A stretch of DNA of 64,000 nucleotides, taken from Auanema rhodensis (lineage: Eukaryota > Animalia > Nematoda). Below the pieces are notes generated by a model. That model was not told the origin of the DNA, did not search any database, and was given only the letters and a program-made list of their open reading frames with translations. The stretch spans positions 16,120,001-16,184,000 of the forward strand of contig OZ059897.1 in the NCBI GenBank assembly GCA_964057225.1. The letters run 5' to 3'. Made by a program: the position numbers and the translations under genes. Positions 1 to 12,156 of this stretch are shown in pieces. Each line of letters opens with the position of its first letter. Positions within the stretch are counted from its first letter, which is position 1.

Positions 1-569
1 CATGTATAGCTAAACGATGAAGATGAAGTCCATGACAACGTTATCTTCAAGATGACAATCACCACATCCATGACATCTATGAATGTTACAGTTTGGTCAA
101 AAAGCTGCGATTCTGTTGCTGACTGATGTTTCTTTATTCAATGGACATCGGCGAACAGAAAGAATGAAAGAATAAAAGAATAAGACAATTCCTGCGATAT
201 TTTTTGCTGCTTGAAGTGTTTTTTCTGCCCGTTTGATAGGTTGGGTGGATAAACGACGAGAACTAAGATTCATTCGGATTATTCAGTTCAATTGTACAGG
301 AATCCTGACATCGACTGTTCATTATTATCTTTGTCGCTTCTCTTAATCGCCAGATTTAAGACTCAACTGTAATCACAATGCTCTGTGAATTCAATATGAG
401 TTTTAAGAAACGCAAACCTTATATGAAAATGTTCTCTTGTTATTTATGTTTTTCTTTTGTTGAAATAAGATTGTTTTATATCTATTTCTTTATAATTCTT
501 TGAATTTACTATCATTAACTTAGAATTTGTAATTCATGCTTTAATTTTGAATCTTTCATTATTTCAGTA

Positions 570-3500
570 ATGAACAGGCAAACGCTTATCTGCCTTACAA
601 CCTTTCTCTGTATTTCTTCCACAGTTTTAGCTGGAGTAAGTATAAACATAATTTTTATTATAAATTCATTCATAACTATTATATTTAAATATATGAAAAC
701 ATTCAGAGTTCACATATTGTTGGTCCACCTTCAGCTAGACCTTCATCAGAAGAATTAGATGAACTTAATCGTATTCTGGCTTTAAAGGTTGGATAAGTTT
801 GTATATGTGTTCATTTATTTTTATGTATTCAAGGGAAAACCTCCTCTGGTTATTCCTGATGTTCCCATGGATTTTGACAATCCATTGAAATCCATGCTCC
901 CTATGCGACCTTCTTTTTCTCCATCACACTCTTCTGAAACGTTTACAACATCTATGACAAATAAAGATATCAAACAATCAACAACAGAACCTTCTCCATT
1001 CGCTGAGGCTGATTCTTTAGATACACAAGTACCAGATTTAATGGAATTTGATCCAATCAGTGAGTCATTTATATATGTTTCCACTAAATCTTTTTAATGA
1101 ATCTTTAGTTTAAAAAATATAATTTTAACTAAACCACAACTTCCCTAACTTCATATTATTTAGAGATTGCTAACTATGTGATAATATTTATCACCTATTT
1201 AAGTCTTTTTTGAATTAGCTAAAGTTTTAAAACAATCGAAGTTAGTTTAAGTTAAAACTAAAGAAGTAAAGTGACTCCTATTTCTCATAATGTTTGCTGC
1301 AATATCATTTGTCACAAATACAAGCCGGTTTTTTAGAAACGTTAGCTTGGTCATCAGTTTTAAGAATCATTTCCTAATCAAGCTTAATTTTAGATTAGAA
1401 GCAGTTGTCGGAATTATTAACTATATTTCTTTTAGAAGAAATGTCGCAAAAGGACAAAGAGAAATTCTTTAAAAATCTGGGACTAGAAAGTTTAGCCATC
1501 CGAGAATTTGGAACTAAAACACTTCAGTTGAACGAGCATTCCGATATACATAATCTCGGTATGAAATTGTTAACAATTTTGATTATTGAAAGAAGTAAAT
1601 ACAGATGGACTGAATCCCGAGCTACCAGCTTTTGCTTTTAGTTCCGATGATACTAATGATGTTGAAAGCATTGATAAGGTTTGTGAACATGTTTTTCAAC
1701 GATTAAAATGTTTGCAAACTTTTGCAGCCTGTTGATGTAATTTCTAAAATTACTTCAAACTTGATTAAAGAAAAAACACACATGAACCTAAAGATGAAAG
1801 ACGGCGAGTTCGTCGAATACGAATATGTTGATGAAGATTATGAAAATGTTGAAAATCCAGCAAATAAAACATCAACAACAACCCAAATTTCAACAAACTC
1901 ATCCACAACATCTACTGTTGTCACTCCTTCTTCAACAACAACTTTTTCTCCTGCTAAGGCCATATCTTCAACTCACTCAGCGTTGCAAACTTCTACAAAT
2001 CTTCCTTTCTCATCTACTACGGAAGCAACAACATCTCAGGTAATAATTTTTAGTCAATTTTAAGCAAATTAGTTAAAATGTCAATTGTTTTTTGAAATTA
2101 CAGACTACAACTCGCCCATTTAACAGAATTACTCAAAAATACGAAAAACTATCCAAATTCGAGGTAAGTTTTTCTATTTCTACTCCTATTTCACACTGGT
2201 AGTCTTTTTTAAGTTATATTTATATACATTTAGGCTGGGAAAAATTATGTTCCTGTTCGTTTGGTATATAATAAAGAGCCAAGCGAGCTCTTCCGTCCTG
2301 TAGCTACACGAAAGCCTTCAAGTATGTGTTCAAAACGTTTTCATGTTTTTCGTTTTTTAGTTTGGCAAAAAAAATAATTAATTGCCAACATATTAGACAA
2401 TAATATTAAAAACTGAAACTTTTCTTGTAGTTTATACACTTCCACCAAATGTTATAACAGCTAGCGCTCAACCAGTTTCTACTAAAAAACTCTTGATTCC
2501 AGTTTCTACTCCAAATGTGCTAGGTTCGAAATGATTATAATTATTTCTTTCTCCTCCAAAAAAACACATAGCGAATATTTTGTGTTCATTTATTCTAAAT
2601 TCATCACTTCTCTATTATTCATATAATAATAATGTTTTCTAATAAAAATAATAATATTTTCAGTACCAGAACAGGTCAAAAAAGATAAAATTCTTGCAAC
2701 TGTTATGGGATTAATGGGAAAGCCTATTGACGAACTTCCTAAATCTACCACTAAAGTTCAATTAAATAGTTCTGTGGTTAAGCTTGTAACCACAACATTG
2801 ATTCCAACTTCGGTAATTTTATTATTCTTTAACCTGCTTTAATTTCTCTCATGATGTAATAAATAGTTCTTGTTTTAGACAACATTATCAACAACTGTTC
2901 CACCTACTAAGCTTGGAATAGCCCGCCAACGTACTTATTTGCGTTCCTCAACAGTTCATCATCATAGAGGATTGTCCAATCAGGTTTTCTTTTTAAAGCT
3001 ATGAAGTAAACGGTTCATACGTTTCTTAATGTTTTATAGGTTTCTGGCGATACATCTGATCGAGTAGAGCCGAGAAAGTCATCTGGAAAAATGGTTTTCC
3101 GTCGTCTATTCAAAGTTCGAAAGCCAGAGCAGCCTGTTGTTGTTGTTAACCGCGAAGTATCTGTTGTTCCAGTTTCTTCTCAAAAGGTTATTTTGTTCAT
3201 TTCCCAAACAACTATTATCTAAAGTTCCAGATTACAACAGTTCCTCCACCAGTCGTTCTCAAAAGAAGAAATCGTCATCGTGTATATAGTCCATTGGCTT
3301 TTAGTTCCAACAATGAGCTTGAGTTTATTAAAGCTATTCCTCCCTCACCTGGGCAAGCGCTGGCGGAATTGCCAAGCTTAGTTGGCATGGTTATAAATAA
3401 TATTGTTTTATAATTAATCTCCTTTGTTTCAGTCTAGTGAGCCAACAACCGACGAATCAATGACATCAGAACCATATCATCGCATTGGATCACAATCATT

Positions 3501-4096
3501 TTTAAGGCATGGACAAACAGTTCAATCTATTCCAAGAACAATTAAACTTCCTCAAACAGTTTAGTTTCTAAAGAAATTAGTTTTCATTTTTTGTTATTAT
3601 AGAAAGACTTAAAGTCTGTAACTGATGAACAACAAAAGCCAGCTGTCCTCAGCCCAATCGTAACCTCATCCACGAATGCACAAGTTGTTCGAACAGACGA
3701 CATTGAAGCTGCAGATGAAATGTATTATTTAGTGTTAACTTTGAAATATAATAATTTTACTCAGATTCGCTCGATCATTATTACAATCTACCACTGATCC
3801 AGTACGCATTGTTATGGAAGGATTACGACAATTCAAAAAGAGAGCAAAAATGTTGCGTAGGACAATGGCAGCAAAGAAGCTTAGAGTACATGGATCTCAA
3901 ACCCTCACTAATCAGCCTAAGACAGAAAAAATTGTAAAACTATTTTTATTTCATTTGATATCATTATTTTAATTTAATGTTTTAGGATAATTCAACGGAC
4001 AATATTCAACAAGCGGAATCAATGTTAAGCATTGATGCAGTACCAGTTCACGTTGAACATAGATTACGGCCAAATGTTGTTAGTCGTGATGTATAA
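570..4096 (+). CDS. Multi-exon secreted Ser/Thr/Pro-rich (mucin-like) protein of unknown function
   Basis: Exon 1 encodes a signal peptide (MNRQTLICLTTFLCISSTVLAG) followed by a gtaagt donor. The 5' exons chain in frame (SSHIVGPPSARP..., GKPPLVIPDVP..., KEMSQKDKEKFF..., PVDVISK...TSTTTQISTNSSTTST). The last exon ends ...RPNVVSRDV-TAA at 4094-4096. Middle exons were not all phase-checked. No recognisable domain. Confidence 0.75.
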
Positions 4097-6998
4097 ATTA
4101 AAATAATAATATTCATATTCTTTAAATATTATACATAATTAAAATAAAAATTAAGAAAAAATAACGAATCATTGGGATTTTTTATATCGAAAACTATAAG
4201 ATAGCACAAAAACATTTTTGAAAATTGTCAAAAAAAAAAACCAAATTCTAATCATATCAATCTGACCCGTGAATTCTAACTCCTCTTGATGTACGTTTCG
4301 AATAATCATAACTGCAAATATTTTAGGTTATGGAAAAAAATGTTTCTTTATTCGTTCATTAAAATGTTTAGCTGTTAGGAAACTCAAAAGAGCAACTAAA
4401 TCAACGTATAGCAAATATTTATTAATACAATAAGCATGACAGAATGAAGCATCATATGTATTTAAAGCCAAAAATAATATAACTTAGCTAAACATTATGG
4501 CGAATAGGGACTCAACATCTACAACAAAAGCCGAATCGGCACAAAAAAACTTGGCGATTTAAGTTTCGAAGCCCATTGCTATCTAAGGCTCAGAACATGG
4601 TTCTGGTGATTTGGATAAAGCCAAACCAACTCTGAAATATTTATCAATTAGCTTTTGCCACTGTATATGAACTCGACGTGTCTGATGTTCGAAAGAAATT
4701 AACAATCATTCTAAGTTAGAGGACACATTTTTTGAAATACCTTGTTGGGAACAGTTGATATTTTATTTCTTATTATTAAATCGAGCAATAAAATTCATAT
4801 TGGAAAGCAAGAAATGTATGAAGTATTTGTATCCGATTTAGAATATTTATTTCATGCTTAGTATTTCTGGCAAATGCATACAGTTCGAAGAAATTTTAAA
4901 TTTTTACAAAATTCAAAAAAATTATTTTCGATATGGCATAAGAAAAGAGGAGCAGATCAAAAAATGCAATAATACTCTGAGACAGAATTTGTAAAAAATG
5001 TGCAGAGAATTGATGAAAGCATGCTTAATTATTTCCTACACAATGGAGCTCTCTTAAGTTCCAAACTTTTCCAAATAAGCTCCCACCAAACATCACATAA
5101 GCATCTCTACAGCATATGAACATATAATAAAAGAAACCCTAGACAAAAATCTTGACTAGAAAAGAAGATAAATAGATAACATGATAAAACGTTAAACTTA
5201 ACCATAAAGAGAACATGCTATATTAGTGATCTATGACAAATCTATTTGTGATATTATATTAAGTAATAAAATTAAATGATAACTATTTTGAATGTGTTAG
5301 ATCTAATAGCTGCGATAACCAGGTCTTACAGGCCCGGAACTGGGATCCGATCTGACACTGTAATATGCTGTGATTGCACTCTGACCCCCGCAAGAAGTGA
5401 CTTCCCAATCGGCACAAGTAGAATAAAATGATCCGGTCGAATACGTACTACTGCAACATCCATGTCTCAATACAAGTAAGATGTTGTATGATATGTCATC
5501 ATCAAGTATAGTTTGGTGTTCACAAAATGATAAAACAATGAAAATTATTGACAATTAAGCGAAAGAGCTAAATTACGAAGGATATGCTAGCACGACAGGT
5601 GTGTGCTAAACGTTTATATTTAAATAAGTGAATGAGGTTTCAAGTGCTAGAGGTATTATACTATTATTCAGCTAACTGATAAAACGGAAATTTCTTCAAC
5701 ATACCAATCAACTGAATTTAGCAGAATTAGAAACATAGCAGCCAGCAGAGTTTAGTCACTAAATGGCGAAGAAGCAAGATAGGCAGAAAAACAGAGCTAA
5801 TCGGATTATGAAGCTTTATTTGAAATGCAACTTTCAACTACAAAGAGACGGTAATCTTTGGTTGGAAAAATAAGAATAAGAGAAGAGATCTAAAAACTAA
5901 AAACGATTAAAAAGATCAGAAGTGGCTCTTTTAAATCATATGTTCAGTTTATAATATCAAATTTTAACTAAATAATGAGGGCTGGTAAAATAAGTAACCA
6001 CAAAGACTATCAAGACATGCTTGTATGCTGATGCGAAATAGCGTTAAACAATTCTTTTAGTAAAACAGTATCCGAAAATTGAGCCAGTAGAAGTCCTCTC
6101 ACCGACCATGGGAGTAGTGGAGATTAAGACTGAAATGGGTATAGTCTCGGAAAGCATGCCAATCAGTAGAACATTCGTACAAAAATTTTAGAAAAATTCA
6201 AAATTAAATCAAATGTGGAAAAACATTTAGGAATTGAAAACAGTCGAAACACAAAATTCAGGTAACGTGGTGATGCAAATACATATTAGGAAAAAGCATT
6301 CCGAGTAAGACTTTTCATATGACAACAGAATTATTAGCTGAAAGCGCACGACAATCAACAAACATCTGATTAAAACTTTCTAATCGAGCTAAACAATCAA
6401 TTTTTACGGCATTCGAACAACAAGTACTGGATCCATATGAATTTCAGTTTTAAATTCTGAACTAGCAGATCCTTTCTGCATTCTAAATGAGGATTAAACT
6501 TAGTATCAGAATCAAAAGTGCAAATACACATGAAAGATGTGAAGTGATAACCGACAACGACGAACACAAATATCTATTTTGCCGAATCCCGTGTAAGTTG
6601 AAAACATAGACTGCACGATAAGAATGTAACCTTAGTCACAATCCACACTTCAAAAAAATTGAGCAACTAATATTCACGGGACATTATTGGTTACTCTGGT
6701 TGTATTCATCCTTTGCTAAAAAACTGTGATACATATTTTGAAAAGCAGGGACAGAGTCAAATAAGATATGAAAAACAGAGGCTTAGAAAACGATGACGTC
6801 CAAAGAAAACATAGAATAATATTAGTCAAGCACCTCACTTTCAAAAGATATGAATAATGCAATAGTAAAAGTAAAAAAAGAACACCAAACCCACTAAAGA
6901 TGAAAATTACTGGGTGTTGTATGAGGTGAGTATAGTTTAGTTTATAATTTGGCAGGTTAAAAAACGAAAAGCTTGTTAAAACATTGTATTAAAAACAC

Positions 6999-8478
6999 TT
7001 ACAGTCTCTGATTGTCAGGATGCTTATCTGCATCACTTTCATTAGACACTACAACTGAATGAGTAACAACTTCAGGTGCATTTGTTCGTTTTTCCATTCT
7101 ATATGAATTAAATATATGTATATTATTCGTTATAGAAGATATATACCTGATTAGACCAAATTCATTTGAAGAAATTGGTCCACAACTTGGGATTTCTCTT
7201 CTCTTGAAAACTTCAGCGATAAAAACAGCCTTAAGTAAATCGTTTAGAGCATAACTGAGTGAAACTTCATACATTAAAGATTCCTATTACACTACCCATG
7301 AAAGCCCCAACAAGAACATCAGACCAGTGATGTTTGTAGTCAGAAATCTAAGAGAAAGAAATACGAAATAAAAGAGTAAAGAACGGCTTACTCTAGTGAG
7401 AGCAACATAAGAAGCTCCTCCGAATAATGCGAACTGAATCACAGGTAACAATAGACGAGAGTAAAGAGGTCTATACAGCCTGGCTTGTAAGTAAAGCTGA
7501 AAAAAAAACCAATTACAAAAAAAAACTTTTGAAAAATTAAACATACTGAAGTGAACCAAGCGGCATAGAAACTGAAAGCTGAATGGCCAGAATAAAAAGA
7601 AAGCTGGGCTTCATGTACTAGCTTTTTATTTGGATTTGTGCAGATATAATCTGTGATATATTCATCAGGATTAGGGCACTAAATTCATGATCTTTTATTC
7701 AAATATATTAAAAAATTGACTCACAGTCTTGTATCCCTTGTCAGGTTTGCAAACATCCATAAAATGTGGTCTATGGCGTCCGATCGTGTACTTTCCTATA
7801 TCAACCATTACTTGATTGAAACAAACGCCAAGGAAGAAATAACCTAGAAGATATAATAATAATAATAATACAGCACAAGAATCAATTAGTTGAGAATGAA
7901 CAATATTTTTCATCTTTATTCAAAATATTCATTTCCTTTTCTGGAAATGTATTGAGTGGTTGTCCGTGGTGCTTTGGCCAATTATAGCTTTTTGAGCAGT
8001 TGCTTTCTCATTGACTTTAGAAAACCAAAAAGCAACAACCTACCAAGAAAGCAGTATAGACGTACGATCAAGCGGTTGATAGAATAATGCCGTAATTGGT
8101 AAGTTTTGAATTGAGATTCACATTTTTTTTCCCAAACAAACATACGAAATAATTCGGTGCAAATAATCTAAAAATATGTTATAACCTGTTTTGATCAAAA
8201 TATAAGTCATACCAAAAATGTGGGTATCAGCAGCCCAACTACAATTAATAATTGGCGAGAAACAGTTGAATCTCGGAAAGGATAGCGTATAGATTCATCG
8301 TCACAATAGAACCCTCGTTTATAAGGAGTTACAAACTCATGGAAAATAAGCAATGGTATCGCTGTAAATCAGCATGATCTAAGAATCAAAATAGTGTATG
8401 AATTTACTTACCACATGACACTAGGACAAGAAAATCACATATCACCCTGGATAGACGAATTGTGCTCTGTCCATCCAT
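6999..8478 (-). CDS. plpp-1: Type 2 phosphatidic acid / lipid phosphate phosphatase (PAP2/PLPP, wunen family); C-terminus may be alternatively spliced down to about 4583
   Basis: The spliced product MDGQSTIRLSRVICDFLVLVSC...RGFYCDDESIRYPFRDS... carries PAP2 motif C1 (KYTIGRHRPHF), C2 (SFYSGHS) and C3 (TRVS..KHHWSD). The last recognisable exon ends QRL-TAA (6999), overlapping a GTAAGT donor. Confidence 0.93.
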
Positions 8479-10089
8479 CGCTCGAGGTTTAACCTCAATA
8501 GCGAATCCTGTAAACAAAATGAAGTATCCAAATATATAAAGTGCGCAATTTCGAACGACAAAGATGAAAGAGGAAAAGAAAGCGCAATGTTGGTTCCATA
8601 CAGCAAAATGTACACCGCCGGAAAGAAAATATTACATTGATTGAGAATCGTACAATGAAAAAATATGAAAATCATATAAAATATCCTAAAATGTTTACAA
8701 TTGAATAAAATAAGAGAAAAACAGGTATGAATGATTCAGTGATATGGTCGTGTTAGTGCATGAGCGGACAATTTCCACAATAGTAACGATTTGAGAATGT
8801 AGACACGAATAGTACACAGTCTAGTTGACAAACACTAGAAAAGCATTGGCACTAGAAAACCACAAGATCAGATGTAATGAATGAAAAAAAGAAATTTTGA
8901 TGAAAATATACAGAAAAACTGCAGTAAGTCTTTTACTTAGTACAATATAGGCCAATGCTTAGTCGTAAAATGACCTCGACAATCGGTCAATGCATCTATA
9001 AGTGTATTGAACAGACAACGAAACTTGTTTTATCAACACAAAATTATGTACGAAGTCTAAATTTTAACTGGAAATTGAACAACATTTGAACATTTAAAAG
9101 AAAGGCAAAACATTATAGTAAGAATAAGTAAAACTTATAGGTAGGGGGAGGGATTTTTGATAGTTTTTCTGCTATCCAACTGACGTTACATCTATACCAC
9201 AATGAGACAAACAAGCCGAAACCGATCAATACACTACAATTTTAAAGGAATAAATATGCAATTTTTTTGAAACATAAAGAACTCAATAATTTAATTTTTT
9301 AATTATGTAGGGAATTGTGTTCTTCTTCAATATATATATTGAAGGTCCTCAATTCAGGCAATACCCACATATATATAGGGTGTGACGACGACAGCGCGTC
9401 CGTACCCGATAAGGAAATGAAAAGAAATGCTTAGAAAAAGAAGATAAACGTTAGATAGACTAGGTGAAAAGTCTATAACTTTGAAATAAAGGGAAACAAA
9501 TAGTTAATAATTGAAAATTCAATTCGTAAACTGTAATATTAAATAAGCAAATATAAACAAAATGTTTACTAAAGAATTCTTATCAATTGCTCTTTATAAT
9601 TAATATCTGGCGCACATTTTGTGTTATTTTTATGTTATTTTTTCTGTATTCCAAAAATATTTTATTTTCGATTGAAATTGATTATTATACAGGGATATGG
9701 ATAGAAAATAAGCATGAAAGCAGTATACTCCCAAATATCGATGTTTTTTGGTGGAAAGGCAACGGCACATTAACAGAATTCAATAGCAATGAACTCTGGT
9801 CTTCAGGCAACCAGCGTATAGAGATTGATTAGTTCTCCCATGTGTTCTTAAACCTCAATTTTTTAAAGCCTGGACGCAGTTGTAAATAATCGGCACATTT
9901 AACCAGTCAAAAAATGAATTAACAAAAAATCAACAGAAGAACAAGATTTTTTTCGCAGAAAATGAATCATAATGTTACAGTTACTTAACGGAGAAATAGA
10001 AATTGACAGTCTTTATAAATACCTCAAAAACATTGCTTGAAGCAAATGACTTTTTTTAGCTCTGAGATGCTTTAAAAAGATTCTCATAA

Positions 10090-11540
10090 CTATGTTAAAG
10101 TCTTAACAGTTGAATCTAGAACTGTTGATTTGAGAACACTATTCAAAGATGATGCCGAAGAGCCAACATTATTTTTTGATGGTTTCCTGGAGCCTTTTCC
10201 CGTCTCTTTATACTCCTGTTTTTGTTAAAATTTAAGTTTATAGATTGAGAATTTACAAAATAAAACTAACTTGAACAATTTCATTCGGAGATGGATAAGC
10301 AAACGGAAAAATCCATCCGACAGTTTCTTCGGAATCATGTAAACCTGCCTCTTTGAGAATACTATAGCTGCTCAAGGTTAGACTCATAAGCGACGAAGAA
10401 ACTATTTCAATTATTAAAACAAAGAGAAGTAATACTGTTGACAGCGATGAGTTTAGGTGGCCATCAAAACTTTCTGTAATTGCAGGAAGGCAGCCTGTAA
10501 TGAAGTTAATCAAGTAGAAAAAACTATTAACAAGTCTTTGTCAATGATTGAAATTATTTTTCAATTAATTTATAATTGATTGTATTAAATATTTTCACTA
10601 CCTTTTTTCTTAAACCAATCGTCTGACTTGGGCTGAGTCATATAGCGTAGAAGCTTCGAGCACTGCCAAGCTTGACAACAGCTAATTGGCAGTGCACATT
10701 CGAGGCGTCCTATAACGGTTACATCGCATGATACAACATTATCTGATACATTCATAAATCTGAACAAAGTTATGATTACATAAACAGAAAAATCAACATA
10801 CAGATATTTCACACCGGTACGTGTGCTGTAATTGTAATAATCTTCAGGCTGATCAAGCCCACAACAATAAAAGTCATTTTGCATCTGATCAATATAACGT
10901 GCAGCAGTAGGATCCTGTCCAATATTGATAAACTTCTAAAAACTAAGGTTACAAAACCAACTCAGATATAAACATAGTAGTAAAATATTCCGCTTTGAAT
11001 AGGTAAAGAAAATTAACCTCTAAATAACACTCTTTGAGAGCTTCTGGAAATTTAGAACAATACGCAACAGAAACAACGGTTACTACTGATATCAGGATAA
11101 CAGTGAGCACGGGTATCATCATAAACTCCTGTTCAAAATAATAAAAATAATTGGATAAAAGGCAAAATTTAGATCAAACCGATAAACGTTTGAATCTAAA
11201 CCGAAGCTTGTTATGCCTCTGAAGAACTAGTGTTCTAGATTCAAATAAATGAAAAAATATAGCTAAAATTGCAGTAGAAGCAATAGCAACACCTTTGAAC
11301 AATGTGAAACCCATCTTCTCTCTTAGTAATTCATAGAATTTATATCTATACGTGTTTACTTTCGTTAGTTCTTCCGTTTCAAATTTCATAAAAATCTTAC
11401 TTGTACATAATGAATGAAAAGAATCCTTCATAAGATAATATGAAAAAATATCCTAATATTGCCAAGGATTGCATAATCAAACTTAATGATCTAAGCCATA
11501 GCCTCTTTTCTGGCGAAGTTGTCAATCGGGGAACGACCAT
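10090..11540 (-). CDS. Divergent tetraspanin-like four-TM protein
   Basis: ATG at 11540 (MVVPRLTTSPEKRLWLRSLSLIMQSLAILGYFFIL...). Three hydrophobic segments precede a large loop with MQNDFYCCG and LPISCC, then a fourth TM (LLLFVLIIEIV). The tail ends ...TVKTLT-TAG at 10090. The 5' exon phases are consistent. Confidence 0.75.
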
Positions 11541-12156
11541 GTATATATTACTGTTATATTTAAATGAAGTTTATGTTTATGCGTAACTAGACGCATGCTA
11601 ATTTCAGCTGTTTATGAGAGTATGCTGAAAACTGATAAAGTTACTAGCTTTCAAAACATAGCCTAGTAGTTACATTTCCATTGGCTGTTAATGATCAAGT
11701 ATTCTTTAGGATATTCTAGATATCACATAAGATAATTAATTTCAGTAGCGAAATTTTAAAAAAAATCTAAAAAATTGAACAAATCTCTTTCACCTAAAAA
11801 TTGTTGCTGAAATATTTAATTGAGAACTGGAATTTTCTACAATAATGATAATTGAAACTATGTTTATTTATGAATTGCTTGCGGTACTTTGCATGATAGT
11901 GAGAATATTCTAGAATTTGCATAGTATACACAATGAACTCTATTAACGTTACTTAACCCAACCTTTAATATAGGAACCGTGAGTGTCCGAAATGTACAAT
12001 AAATAATATAAAAATGTTATAAATTACGTAACCGCAAATAATTAACAGAGATACCAATATCTCCTTAACAATCATCTATATCACATTGATCAAAAGGATG
12101 TAACATTTTAAAACAGGCAAAAAGAATAAATATTCTTAAAACAGGCCGAACACATA

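Noticed and set aside
1-150. Possible minus-strand exon (Cys/His-rich frame) at the window edge
   Set aside because: Frames are interrupted by stops, there is no convincing splice context, and it is truncated by the window.
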